Positions 40,006-53,982 of a stretch of DNA of 64,000 nt are shown piece after piece. Each line of letters begins with the position of its first letter. Positions within the stretch are counted from its first letter, which is position 1. The stretch is taken from NCBI GenBank assembly GCA_951406725.2, contig OX597814.1, positions 17,112,001-17,176,000 of the forward strand. The letters are read 5' to 3'. The position numbers were made by a program, and so were the translations under genes. A model generated the notes under the pieces. It searched no databases, had not been told where the DNA came from, and saw nothing but the letters and a program-made list of their open reading frames with translations. The stretch is from Octopus vulgaris. Taxonomy: Eukaryota.

Positions 40006-42679
40006 ATTCGTGTTGATTTTTTTCCTTGAAATAACACCGTATTCAATTTCATTTATTTTCACCTTTCCAAGATGGATAAAATAAACTGCAAATATTATTC
40101 TTCCCCAATACACTTCTGCCTTATGACTGGTGGTAATTTTGCAATAGTTTGAAAATACCTTTCTACCATAAGTGAAAATGTATTTCTAACACTCACGAAC
40201 TTATTAACAGAAGCTTTATTCATCGCACATTGTATTTTCCGTGTTGATCTATGGATGAAAAATAAAAGCGACAATTTATACACACAGGGAGTGACATAAT
40301 ACTAGCGTTTTCAACAAAATCGCAGAAATATATCTGTCTGTGCTTAGCCCATCACAACTGGGAAAAATAATCGCTCTAAATTCATGAATGTAAAATCTGT
40401 AGCTTCTGTCTGCACGGCTGGTGAATGGAAAATGACTATGGAGTCGTTACAGCAATTACCTCGACGTTCTGAAGTAACAGCCAAAACAAAAATCCTACTT
40501 TTTATAAGGCTCATTAGAAGATTCTAGAAAGTTGAATCACGTGATGGCTGAGCGCTGATTGATCTGTTAATCGGTCTATCAGATGCAATGACAGAGATCT
40601 CAACGTGACATCTTCACGGTTGTTCAGCAATAGAACTATTAAAATATATGTTGTTGCTATTTTATTGAGATGGTGTCTAGTCCCTGTAGTAGTAATATAA
40701 TAATGTGATTTGACTGCAGTCCGTAGTTGTAGTCCTGATGTAAAGAAGCAACGACGGCAGATATGACAGACCCGAAATGGTGTATCGTAGGGCGTTGCTG
40801 AAGTAACGTTTTGATGATATTTTTGATGAATTTTCTGAAGATATTTTTATGACATCTTTGGTGCAATATAGTGATATTCAGACATTATAGCTATCTTGCA
40901 TTCCCGTGGTGTTGCTTAATGGCTGTTGTTCCGATATAGTAACGTGTAGATGATGTGGTCCTCTCGCAATGAACTGGCAGTGCTGTTATGCTGTTGTTAC
41001 GAAGAATGCCTCGATGATTATATAAGGTAGTTATATTCCAGTGTAATTTATTTCAGTGTGATTGGATTATAGAGAAGACGTGATCGCCCAAATCTACAAG
41101 TTCTAAATTCAATGTATCGACGTCAAATCCTCACAGGCGCTCCAACCATAAATTAGTTGAGTGAGTCACTGTGGAATTTAACAGTTCTTTGTTTTATATT
41201 TACTTATGTTTCGTGAGCGCATTCTGAAGACAGCATTTGAAGTTTGTGTGAGAAAAGTATGATGAGACTTGTCTGTCTTTCTTTGTTTCTACGTCTCATA
41301 CAACACTGAACACTCTTTTGACTGATTCTAATTGTATAAAATTATAAACTCTTATCTTCTATCATTTTGTAGTAATCGTTCTACAGTTGCGAATGAAAAA
41401 CCTACTAAATTTTTCGCTTGAAAAGCGAAATGCAAAAATAATTTATCATTACTTCAAATACTGCGCATGCTCTGCTTTCTGCACTGAGTTTTGTCTTGTC
41501 TTTTTTCTGGTTGCAACTATTTAAATGTGACCTCGATTCACACCATCTTTCAGCTAATTATTTCATAATCTGAGTAGTTAGATTTTAATATTGATTGAAA
41601 TAGTTCTTGCTCTAGGACTGATGTTATAAGTCAGTCATTAATAGTGAAAATGGAAAGACATTTAGGAACACAAAAGCTTTGTTTATTGATAGACAATATT
41701 TCTGCCATATGAGATTTAAACGTTTTGTGTATTGGTCACATTACAAATAAAGTGCATTAGATACCTTTCGCATAGTCTTAGGTTTTCCCTGTAACGGCAT
41801 CAGCAACTACAATTAATCTTTGTAACTTTTACACTGTAATGGAAAAACTAACAATTGACGTGAACTAGGATCTAAGTAGCCAGCGAATCATTCTTTACAG
41901 TTTTACATTATTTAAATGCTACATTTGATAATGAAAGCCTGCGAGTCCCTAATAAGATGACATGGCACCAGCAGGAATAGATCTGATCTTATGTCTGAAA
42001 GATCAGAGCTGGTGTGAGCGAAACAAATCCTACAAAGGAAACTGACAACTATTTTATAGCTACCTGGGTTGAATGTACCGTAGCACCATGTTCTTTGAAG
42101 AAGCAATGCTATGCTTCTCCTGAATTAAGAGGCTGTGGTAATAAGAAGCTGTGATATTAAAGGACTATATTATTAATGTTGAGAAATTTAAGGAACACTA
42201 TATCAAACAGAGAGAAAGATCGAAGTGGACAATATTTTAAACACAGCTTGTTATCGAAAAGTATCGCATTATTTTGCTTTTGACTGGTGTGCCATTTCAT
42301 TTAGCCTAAATACATAATATAACATGGTTGCTATTTATCAGGATTTAAAAATGTCTATTGTTCTTAAAATATCTTGCAGGGCAATTCGCAAATAAAATGT
42401 TAAAAGGAAGTAAAAACGAAGCAATATTTCTAAAATAATTGTAAATAAGATAAAAGAAAATATTGCTTTATCACCATGGTGATAATTGTAATAATAATCA
42501 TAACCGAGAGGCAGAGATCCTGTGATTACATCAAGAACAACAAAATCTTCAGTATTTCGAAGGAAAGAAAATAACAGCCAAAAGGGTGAGAGCATCACCA
42601 TCCATAGTAACAGGAGATAACTGTCGTTGTTTATTAGTGTCGCAACGAAAATAAATAGAAGAAAATTACAACCCACTGA

Positions 42680-44411
42680 AATTGGGAAAAAAATGCAAAA
42701 ACAGCAATAACAGTAGGAACAACATTAATGATAAAAACAGTAACAAGGACATAAATAAGATTATAAATAAAATTATAAATAAAATTATAAAGCACACGAG
42801 CAACAACATCAACACCAAAGACAAGTATAATTTGAACGATCTCGAGATAATAACACCAACAAGAACAAACATTCGAAATAACAATAACAAGTGAAGGACA
42901 ATAGCAATGACAACAACAACAACATAAAAACAGCAGCAGCAGCAGCAGCAGTAGTAGCATAAAATGATATTATATGAAATGGTGAAGTAAACGTGATGAA
43001 CATTAGAAAATACAAACAGAAAATAAGTCATACTGTCAGCATCTCCAAGACTAACATCTTTATCATCGTAATTTTCCTCATCATGGCAATGCTCATCCTA
43101 ATCCTCACCATCCACCTCCTCATCATCATCAGCAACACCATGATCGTCGTCCTCCTCCTCCTACTCATTACCACCGTACCATCGCCATTGTCAATATTAT
43201 CCGTCTAAATCATTATCGTCATCATGATCATCATCGTCGTCGTCGTCGTCATCGCCTTTGTGGTCGTCATCATAAGCAACATCATCATCAACATATCATC
43301 ATCGTCGTCGTCGTCATCATAAGCAACATCATCATCATCGTCGTCGTCGTCGTCGTCGCCTTTGTGGTCGTCATCATAAGCAACATCATCATCAACATTA
43401 TCATCATCTTCAACATTATCATCATCATCAACATTATCATCATCTTCAACATTATCATCATCAACATTATCATCATCGTCGTCGTCGTCGTCGTCGTCGC
43501 TTTGTAGTCGTCATCATAAGCAACATAATCATCAACATTATCATCATCAACATTATCATCATCATCGTCGTCGTCATCATCATAATAAGCAGAAGTAACA
43601 GTAGCAACATTGCCATCATCGCAATCGTTATTGCCAACGCCGACGCCCCCACCACCACCACCACCACCGCCACCACCGCCACCACCAATCACTGATGCTG
43701 TTATCTTCATCGTCGATGTAATCCTCGCTTATAAGTTTCATTATGGCCGTCTTCGATGTTTTCGTCCGTCGCACTTGAGGTTGTTATCGTGATGAAGGCG
43801 ACAGGAAGTTATAAATAATCAGCAACAACCAACCGCACCTCTGATTCAAAAACAGAAGCAACAACAACAACAACAACAACAACAATAACAACAACAGCAA
43901 GACTAAAATAGAAGAAAGAAGGCAAAAGGGGAAAAACAACAACATAAAAAAAACAATACCAAAAACAGCATGAAGCAAAATACCAAGAGAAAAAATATTA
44001 AGAAAATTTACAAGAGAAATAAAAATGGAAATAGATAAATAGTATAAGACAAAATTTGCGGAGGGGAAAAAAAAAAAAGGTCAAAAACAACACCATTGCC
44101 CCACGAACTGAAAACATCAAAGAAAAAAAGAAAAGTAACAAAGATGAAGAAAAAAAAACAGCTACAAGAAGAACAATAGTGATGACAATGACAGCGACAA
44201 CAACATGAGTAACAACGAAAGCTGCATAAGATGAACGTCTGCAATGAGTACAGAAAGAGTAACAACAGTAAAAGAAGAAAAAAAAAGCAAAAAGCACATC
44301 ATCACAAAAGAAATAACACAGAGACCACAACGAAAACAAGAAAAAACATTCAAATACTAACGCTATTATTACGCTAGGCCTCTTCCTCCTCCTTCTCTTA
44401 CTACTACTACA

Positions 44412-44495
<84 letters not shown>

Positions 44496-44673
44496 ACTGC
44501 AGCTAGTACTATTATCATTACTACTGTTACTACTAATACAACTACTACTACTATTACTACTACTAATATTAATAATGATAATAATAATAATATAAATAAT
44601 AATAATAACAACAATAATAATAACAACAACAACACTAATAATAATAAATAGTGAGAAGCAGAAGACGAAGAAG

Positions 44674-44704
<31 letters not shown>

Positions 44705-44849
44705 GGAAGAAGAAGAAGAAGAAGAAGAAGAAGAAGAAGACGAAGAAGAAGACGAAGAAGAAGAAGAAGAAGAAGAAAAAAAGAAGAAGAAGAAGAAGAA
44801 GAAGAAGAAGAAGAAGAAGAAGAAGAAGACGAAGAAGAAGAAGAAGAAG

Positions 44850-44880
<31 letters not shown>

Positions 44881-44905
44881 GGAAGAAGAAGAAAAAGAAG
44901 AAGAA
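42680..44905. repeat. Large trinucleotide low-complexity block (AAC, CAG, CAT/CGT, CCA, ACT, AAT, GAA)
   Basis: Successive triplet tracts; the unit cgtcgcctttgtggtcgtcatcataagcaacatcatc recurs three times within 43240-43535. Confidence 0.92.
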
Positions 44906-45295
44906 TATAAACCTTTTCACTTTATATCTGCCACAAGGGCAGCATGGTGAATAAGATCAGTAACAGAATCATGGGCTCCGATGAAGACGTTAGTAGCACT
45001 GCAAGAGCAACACAGAAATCCGAAATCTAATTTTTTTCGCATTATTTCATTTACAATTTCAAGACTTCTTAGACGCTTTATCAAAGAACAAGAGGAATTA
45101 AATCAAAGACAGTTCAAAAGAAAGATAATAGCATTTACACTGAATATGTTAAGAGACAAAAAAAGTGTCGGAAATGAAAATCTTGTATGTGTGTGCGTGT
45201 ATATATATATATATATGCTTATATGTATATATATATATACTATATATATATATACTTATATATATACATATACATACATATATATACAAACTATG

Positions 45296-45377
<82 letters not shown>

Positions 45378-45657
45378 TTGTATCTAAACATAGTATCTAT
45401 ATGTCTATATATATCATATAAATATAAATACCTATATTGTATATATGTGTGTGTATATATATGTGTATGTATATATATACATATATATACACACACACAT
45501 ATATATTTATTTATATATGTATGTATAAATAAATATATATATGCATATGCGTGTGTATAAATATAATATATATATATACATACATATATGTATGTGTGTA
45601 TACATGCATGTATGCATATGAATATATATAAATATATATACATATATACATACATAC

Positions 45658-45689
<32 letters not shown>

Positions 45690-46198
45690 ATGTGCGTATA
45701 AATGAGCATGAATGTACACACATATATATATGGGTGCCTTTTTGCTCTCGTGTATACATGTGTTACAATTTTATGCATGAAGGCATTCATAGAGGTGAGT
45801 GAATATGTACAAATACGCGAATATATATATATGTGTTTATGTGGGTGTTCTGATTTTCATGCTCATGTGCGTGAGGTGGGGGGCAAAACATGTAACTCCC
45901 GTGTCTCAATGAATTCTTGGATACAAATATGCTCGCTCGCACATACACATCTGCCAACAAACCAACCCCAAGAATGTATTTTTATGTTACACAGTTATGT
46001 AAATAATCTAAATGCAAATATACATTCACACACAAACACACACACACACACACGCATGAGCACACATGTATGCATGCATTCGCTCACACATACATACATG
46101 CATACATGCATGCATACATACATATATAGAGAGATAGATGGATAGATGTTTATAAATATACAAGGATATATGAATATAAACATACATTAATATACATT

Positions 46199-46281
<83 letters not shown>

Positions 46282-46437
46282 GTATGTGTGCACATAACAT
46301 GCTGGTTTTTCGATGTGTCAGACTGAATATGCAAAATTTTCCTAATTTTGCCAGTGATGGCGAATGAAAATCTAAGGAATTCATTCCAAGACACTATTAA
46401 ATATATATCATATATACATACATATTACGTATATGCT

Positions 46438-46498
<61 letters not shown>

Positions 46499-46674
46499 AT
46501 GTGCGTGTGTGTGTGTATGCATGTATATATATATATATATATATATACGTGTGTGTGTGTGTGTGTGTATGTGTGTATGTATGTATGTATGTATATATAT
46601 ATATATGTGTTTGAAAATCTAAGGAATTAATTTCAAAACGCTATTAAGTATATATCTAAATATACATACATACT

Positions 46675-46757
<83 letters not shown>

Positions 46758-47895
46758 GTATATATATTTGTATGTATAATATGCTTACATACACACAAAC
46801 CCACTGTGCACAAAGGGATCTTGAGACAAGGAAACGAAAATACACCGAGATATCCTTCGGTTCTTTCTATATTCTTTAACATCATAAAGTTTGCTGCTTC
46901 AACATGGCTTCTTGTGATTAATTTATAATTATATTCCAGCAAGTTTTTTTATTTATTTTTGTTATCTTTACACCGGTTCCTATTGTTTTTATCTTGATCT
47001 TCTTTATAATTTTGTCGTTAATCATAATATATCTTATTGTATTATGTTTTGTTTTTGCCTCTGTCTTCGCATCTCTTTGGTTGATCATCTTGTGCAGTAC
47101 ATGCATCCATACACGTATGCATTCGTAAACACACACACACATATATATTTCATATTACATTTTCGATGACGTCAGAATTTCAAATCGTTTTTTTTTCTCG
47201 TATTCTTTTGCGTCCTTTATCTTACCTACGTAAGTAACTATGTGTGTGTATGTGCTTGTGTGTGTGTGTGTGTGACTGCAGGTGTGCGCTTGCGTGTTAG
47301 TGTGTGAGTATACGTGTGTGCGTGTGTGTCTGTTTTTATGTAGGAATAATTGTGTAAATATACTCACACACATGTATGTATATGTATTTGTATGCGTATA
47401 CAAATGTGTATATAGAGAATGAATAATCTTCAGATGTGAAAAATGATATAAAACATATTATTAACATATTAATACCTTCATACTAACACATCAAAATAAG
47501 ATTAAATGTATATGTATATAAATATATATATATACAAACATACATGCTTATACATACACACTGCACATGTATACTCATATATATATATACTTTATTTAAA
47601 GCAGCAGGCAAAATTAAACAAAATCTGTTACTCTGAGTTTCTCGTTGCTGTTCATCAGACAGTTTTTGTTAGAATATACATATGTGTGTGTGCTTGTGTA
47701 TGTATGTATATGTATAGATATCTATACATATATATATATATATATATACAGTATATATATAACTACTTATATATAGATATACATACATATCTATATATGC
47801 GTGTGTATGTATGTATTTATATATACATTTATATGTATGTTTGTGTGCATATATATATATGTGTTTGTGTGTGCGTGTGAGAGTGTGTGTGTGTG

Positions 47896-47952
<57 letters not shown>

Positions 47953-48489
47953 TGCATTACCCCAATCCTCTACTTGGAGTTTTGGATAACTTTATTTATA
48001 TCAAATATGAAGAAATATGTTCCTGTGAAGCAAGAAAAAAATATCTCTGTTACCTACCAGGCTTAATACATCTTTCTACGATACTGCGTGACTATAGCCT
48101 GATGATGCTTTCTCTATGGATTCACGCCCGATGGTTGAAAATATATCTTTCTAATTTTTTCAATACGTTGCTTCAACTAAAGATAGGAAAATAAAATCTA
48201 TCGTAGACAGAATTTTCAATGTATTTTTTATCCTTGCCCACACCATGTTAAATATCATTGACATCACCACCTCCTCCCTTCTCTTCCACCTTCATCGAGC
48301 TCTTCTACAATTCCCTGCTCCTTCTTTCCCACTTTTCTGTCTTTTTCCCTCCTCATTCTCTACCTTAATTACATCAACTTATGCATTTATAATTATTATT
48401 AATACTAATACTACAATAAATATATTTTGCTATTGTTATTATTAACATTGTTTGTGCTGCAATTATTATTTATTATTATTTTTTTTTTG

Positions 48490-49038
48490 CGTGAAAGAGC
48501 AATGCATGCCAGCAAAGTGACACTGGGGTAAAATATACGAAGACCAGTATACCCATCATGACTACCCGTCTGCTAAGGGTACACTAGGCACATACATCAC
48601 AACCATATGTGCACGACATGGTGATCTTATATCAAGATAAACAGCACATGACCTTGCAGGTGGGGACCAGTTAGAATTTTCTTATCGTCGAGTAACCCAT
48701 CCCGCTCTGAAGGTCCCTCAATAAGGGTTGTTTAAGGATGTTGAACGAATCACCCATATTTCCAGAGGTGAATTATTCAAACTCCAAAGAATTCCTCTCA
48801 ACACGTGGCTATGATGCTTCCCCACTACTTCTGCTTGTGATCAGAGATGCACATATCGTCAGTCACTAAGGGACATGCTCACCTGGTTATGGTCAAACAA
48901 CTGACAAGCAAACCTGTAGTATTGAGCAGAATATTTGCTGTAGCCCATCTTTTATACAAAGACAAAACAATGTACATGATAACACTTCCAATCAGTTAAG
49001 ATCAGAAGCCATGAAAGCCACTGCCTGGTACTGCATCA
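48490..49038 (-). mobile_element. ~550-nt non-coding retroposon-like element in (TAA)n
   Basis: Reverse complement aligns with 49112-49539 and with 63857-64000. It is bounded by TAA/TTA tracts. Confidence 0.8.
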
Positions 49039-49043
49039 ATGTT

Positions 49044-49106
<63 letters not shown>

Positions 49107-49111
49107 TCAAT

Positions 49112-49539
49112 TATTCTGCTCAATACCACAGATTTGCTTGTCATTTGCTTGACCATTACAAGTTGAGCGTGTCTCTTAGCGGCTGACGATATGTGCATCT
49201 CTGATCACGAGCAGACGTATTGGGGGAGCATCATAGCCATGTGTTGAGAGGGATTTTTTGGGGTTTGAATCATTCACCTCTGGTAATATGGGTGTTTTGT
49301 TCAACATCCTTAAACAATCCTTATTCAGGCACCTTTCGACCAGAAGAAAATTCTAATTGGGCACCACCTGAAAGGTTATGCGCTGTTTATCTTGATATGA
49401 GATCACCCTGTCGCGCATATATAGTTGTGATCCATGTGCCTGGTGTACCCTTTTCAAACGGGTAGTCATGATGGGTATACCGGGCTTCATATATTTTACC
49501 TCAGTGTCACTTTGATGGCATGCACTGCTCGCTCACTCA
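49112..49539 (+). mobile_element. Second, 5'-truncated copy of the (TAA)n-associated element
   Basis: tattctgctcaataccacagatttgcttgtca...gggtagtcatgatgggtatac...ctcactc followed by (AAT)n. Confidence 0.8.
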
Positions 49540-49560
49540 ATAATAATAATAATAATAATA

Positions 49561-49628
<68 letters not shown>

Positions 49629-49659
49629 CATTATTATTATTATCATTATTATTATTATT

Positions 49660-50105
49660 TGCACAGCTTCTAACGCTGGGGATGTATTAAAGTATCAGCT
49701 GTTCACTACCAGTGAACGAAGGTAACACCTCTTATTTTTCGAGCACCTTCCGGAGTATTCGAGCGGTTCCGAGCTGTGCTGTTTTCTGCAAGTGATCCAC
49801 CCTCATTGCAGCCCCTATTTGCTCCACGTAATTCTCAAGATTTTTGCTCACTGTTCCCAGGACTCCGACAATTATTGGTACAACTGCTACCTTTTTCATC
49901 GACCACTACTGCTTAACTTTCCAAGCTAACCTGTCATAACTCTCAACGTTTCTTTTTTCCTTATCACATACCTTGTTGTCAGCTGGGTATGCTATATATA
50001 TATGTTTCCAGCATAGTTTGTTCTCTTTCTCAATTAAGACTCTGTCCGGCTTCCTACTCTCTATCTCATGGTTGCACTGAATCATAAAATCCCATAGGAT
50101 CTTTG
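49660..50105 (-). mobile_element. R4/Dong-type LINE 3' end (restriction-like endonuclease)
   Basis: Minus-strand translation KILWDFMIQCNHEIESRKPD...VAVVPIIVGVLGTVSKNL...LQKTAQLGTARILRKVLEK*, then a short 3' UTR running into (TAA)n. Confidence 0.85.
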
Positions 50106-50222
50106 CATGCGTAGCTGCCTACACCAGACAGTATCATGCTATTTGTTCTTTTCCGCTATTATTCTGGCCGTGCCAAGGAGGGAGACCTTTTGTAACAGTT
50201 CTACTGGGCACTCTATTCCAAA

Positions 50223-50580
50223 GGTGGCGAGCTGGCAGAAACGTTAGCACACCGTTCTGAGTTCAAATTTCACAGTAGTCGTCATTGCCTTTCATCCTTT
50301 CGAGGTCGATAAATTAAGCACCAGTTGCGTACTGGGGTCGATCTAATCGACTGGCCCCCTCCCTAGAGTAGGAAAAAATTGTTAACACACCGAACTAAAT
50401 ACTTAGCGGTATTTCAGCCGTCGCTACGTTCTAAGTTCAAATTCCGCCGAGGTCCACTTTGTCTTTCATAGTTTCGGGGTCAAGAAATTAAGTTCCAGTA
50501 GAGTACTGGGGTCGATATAATCGACTTAACTCCTCCCATGAAATTCTAGGTTTTGTGTCTATATTAGAAGGGATTATTAT
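50223..50580 (+). mobile_element. Two tandem SINE family 1 copies (short-tail form)
   Basis: Head ggtggcgagctggcagaaacgttagcac; the centre block occurs twice. Confidence 0.83.
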
Positions 50581-50599
50581 TTTTTATAATCTGCATGTT

Positions 50600-51329
50600 T
50601 GTTATATTCCTTTGCTGAGACACACTCAGCGCCCTGGGGCGAGTGGGGGATAAGAAATTTTACAGTTTGAGTGAAAGCTTGGAGAGGGCTAGTGGCAGTG
50701 GCAGTGGCAGTAGCCAAATATCTTCATATAATACAACACAGACATTTAAATTGTTAGGGTGGTTTTCCTGGGATCGCATCCCCACCGTTTTTTTTATCAT
50801 ACCTAGGGTACTCACAATAACAGGAACAATTCTCACTTTAAGATGCCACATCCTTTGTATTTCAATTTCCATGTCCTTTTGTTTACTTAATTTGTCAAAT
50901 TCCTTTAAAGATATATTTCAATCAGTGGGAATACTTACATCTTTTAGTCTACAAGTATTTTCTTCCCACTCTTTAATGATTATGTCTGATTGATTAGTCT
51001 GAGTCAGTGTTGACTGGAAAATTTCAGAGGATAGTGACATTTTTACCTTCAACGAATGTCTCAGGGTGACGTTTATACCAGTAAGCAGGAGTACTGCTTT
51101 TGTAGTGTTTACATATTTTCCAACGTAAATATTGTCCTACCCTATCGTGGCGTATTTTGTATTCGCTTGGTGTCAGCACTGGACATCCCAAGATGCGATG
51201 GTTTATTGTTCCGTCAAATGTGTCGCAGAATCTGCATTTAGGGTCGGAACCGTTTTGAAGAACGCTATCCTGGTAGTGATTTGTAAGCAAGCTAACAATA
51301 TGAAACTGGGGTTCTTGTAAACTGGACAT
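50600..51329 (-). mobile_element. R4/Dong-type LINE fragment: CCHC finger plus RLE
   Basis: KCRFCDTFDGTINHRILGCPVL...EYKIRHDRVGQYLRWKICKHY, then DVSIPTD...KLSKQKDMEIEIQRMWHLKVRIVPVIVSTLGMIKK. Confidence 0.88.
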
Positions 51330-51490
51330 AATACCATCCTTCGTCTTACGTGTTTAAATTATAGACAGAATCTTTACAATTCCAATATAGTCCCATATAA
51401 GATTAAGACACATCTGTTGTCAAAACAGGAATAACAGACAAACAATATTTTGAATGTCTTTTGAAACAAGAGAAATGCCAACGAGTGACA

Positions 51491-51830
51491 GTCTCAGATA
51501 AGATGAAGATTGTATCTTACCGAGTGGCAGAATTGATAGCTCAGCAGACGTAACTGTATACAATAGATGAAAGATTGATTGTGGAAACTTTGGTGGAATG
51601 CCGAGCGAGAAGTTATGAAAATTCTTTTGTCTGATAATACAATTTGTAGAAGAATAGCGGATATGTCAACTAATTTTGTGAAGCGTATTTCCGAAAGTAG
51701 GAAGAATTTTGAAGTTAACATTGAAGTTGGTGAATAGACTGATGTTAGTGGAAAAGCACTGTTGTTGGTCTCTATAAGTTTCGCTCACAATGGCAAAATA
51801 GTCGCAGTTTCTATTTTGCAAGGAACTTGA
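51491..51830 (+). pseudogene. hAT (Charlie/Buster-type) transposase relic
   Basis: Across frameshifts it reads VSYRVAELIAQ..*LYTIDERLI / EVMKILLSDNTICRRIADMS / VGE*TDVSGKALLLV / QFLFCKEL. This matches the ASY.VA..IAK, LSnNTV.RRI.DMS, DESTDVS..AQLLV and FLFC..L motifs. It is not in the ORF track. Confidence 0.78.
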
Positions 51831-53182
51831 GAATTATAACAGCAAATAAGATATTGTTTTAAAACTTCTCTGAACTTAGTAAAAATGTGAGATGTGATAT
51901 TTTGTATTGGAATATATAGGGTTGGCGAACGCTGTATGATAGAGAATGCTAAGGTATGCATCATAATGAATCGAATGAATCGAACCCAGTACTTACTTTT
52001 TAAGCCTAGTTTTTATTCGATCTTACCTTTCGCAGAACTATTAAGTTACGGGGATGAAAGCCTACTAACATCGGTTATCGAGCGGTGGTGGGTGACAAGC
52101 ACACATGCATACTCACACACACACTCACACAAACATACGCACACACACACATACATATGTATATTATACTATCCCGTGGAGGTAAGATCAACAAAAATGT
52201 ACTCCATTGATGAGAAAAATATGGTTTAATGAACACAAAATTTCATGAGTTGTTAATAGATTCATGCAATGAAGACAGCACAGACAGCATCTTATAACAC
52301 ACCTAGTGCCTTCATGCATTCTTCATGTTGTGCTCACATGATATATACAAGGTAAGACGTGACGAAAGAATAAGAGAAAATACAAGAAAAGGCAAGTAAG
52401 TAGATGTAAAAGACGGAAGAGTGAAACCAAGAGAAAACGAAATGTAAAGGAAAAAAAGAAAACAGATAAAGCAAAAAAAAAAAAAGGATGTGATGTAGAT
52501 AAGTATCCCCTTTCACTGTAATGCTATAAAAAGGCAGAACAAACAGGCGTCTAGTGTTTGTGGTACAGCCGCCTAATCATTAGAGGTGGTATTTTCCAAT
52601 TTGACATCAGAACTATATCCACATGTTTACATCCTCCGAAAATACAGATCTAGAATTCAGCAGTACGGTGGAGTTCTTAGATCTGAAAAAGATCTGCGAT
52701 TTTTCAGCTATGCGTAGCTTGCATTATTTTGATCCATTAATATATAGCATGGATTTTTCAACTATTTTCAACTTTATTGTATGTGATGTGACGTTAGACA
52801 TCACGCTCTGTACGTGGCAAGCCAAATTAGTGGATTTATATCTGTCCCTGAGGCGGAAGAAAGACACGTAGTTTACATAGCGATTTTTGAAGTAACCTAC
52901 ACATAACTTGATGTAAATATTCGTTACGGTTAGTTATCATCTAGCGTTGCTATAACTTCTGCCTCATACATGGCGGATTTAATCATGCACTCCTGGTCGA
53001 GTGGACAACTTCCTGAATCTCGACAGTAACAACTAGGAGTAGGCTGTCGGTTGTGTTTGAGTGTAACAATGCCCTTCGTACTGGGGAAGCAGCTATATGA
53101 TAATTTAATTCGTGTATGTAAGATCGTGAAACATACCGATGCATAATCACAGTAATTTACATCTTAAATGATTCTCTTCAAA

Positions 53183-53257
<75 letters not shown>

Positions 53258-53280
53258 GTATATATATATATATATATATC

Positions 53281-53391
53281 ATTGTTCTGGGGAGAGTCAT
53301 TCTATTTTAATTAACACACTCACCGGTTCGATTTCCACCCATTTTCTTATTTATTTTTCCTAAAATTTTCGTTGCGTCTTGCAACCTCTTC
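53281..53391 (-). mobile_element. Truncated hammerhead-bearing remnant next to (TA)n
   Basis: Minus strand: GAAGA g gttgc-aagac-gcaac GAAA at TT tagg. Stem II, GAAA and the palindromic AATT stem III are present; the 5' end of the core is missing. Confidence 0.5.
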
Positions 53392-53651
53392 CTTTGTCGT
53401 TGACTCTGTTCGCATTTGGAGCAGCGTTCTTCTTGTCTGTTTGCTTGTGCGCTTGTGTTTACACATATGTATGCATGTATGTATGTATGTATGAATGTAT
53501 GTATGTATGTATGTATGTATGTATGTATGTATGTATTACGTATGTATGTATGAATGTATGTACGCACGTGTTTGTATGCATACTGTAAATTTTGTGAATA
53601 CTTGATAAGTGTAAGCACATGTATATGCCAGATAGTGGCAGAGGTGAGAGA

Positions 53652-53935
53652 ATATATCAAATATATATCAAAAGCAGAACACAAAGGATATCATGGTACA
53701 CGTGTTTCAAGATTTATAAACAATCCGTTATTACATCAGTGTATTATTGATATAAAAGATGGTTTAAAGCTCTCTTCAGCCGCAAACATTGTTAGTCCAA
53801 ACATTGCTTGCCGCTGAAGAGAGCTTTAAACCATCTTTTATATCAATAATAAACTGATGTAATAACGGATTGTTTATAAAATTTGAAACACGTGTACCAC
53901 GATATCCTTTGTGTTCTGCTTTTAATTTATATTTG

Positions 53936-53940
<5 letters not shown>
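53652..53940 (+). mobile_element. Palindromic hammerhead element with extended stem II
   Basis: Arms ~53652-53785 and ~53808-53940 are reverse complements around a ~22-nt loop; (TA)n follows. Confidence 0.85.
53810..53900 (+). ncRNA. Type I hammerhead fold with canonical core and 64-nt stem II region
   Basis: gccg CTGAAGA [53821-53884] GAAA cacgtg TA ccac, with palindromic ACACGTGT stem III. The mirror copy (minus strand, 53693-53783) has better stems: gcgg/ccat, gag/ctt, taaac/gttta. Confidence 0.6.

Positions 53941-53982
<42 letters not shown>

Noticed and set aside
41930-42240. Possible degenerate RT fragment
   Set aside because: No consistent frame or recognisable RT motif.
43210-44954. 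Poly-D/G/P and poly-E/K/R ORFs resembling low-complexity proteins
   Set aside because: Triplet microsatellite mosaic with no unique coding context or splice support.
46365-46656. Two ~45-nt direct repeats with a spacer (CRISPR-like spacing)
   Set aside because: Only two imperfect copies with a microsatellite spacer in eukaryotic DNA; a simple tandem duplication.
48989-49034. Short resemblance to U2 snRNA (atcagttaagatcaga, cctggtactgca)
   Set aside because: Two short imperfect patches at the wrong spacing, with no Sm site or U2 5' stem, inside a repeat family.
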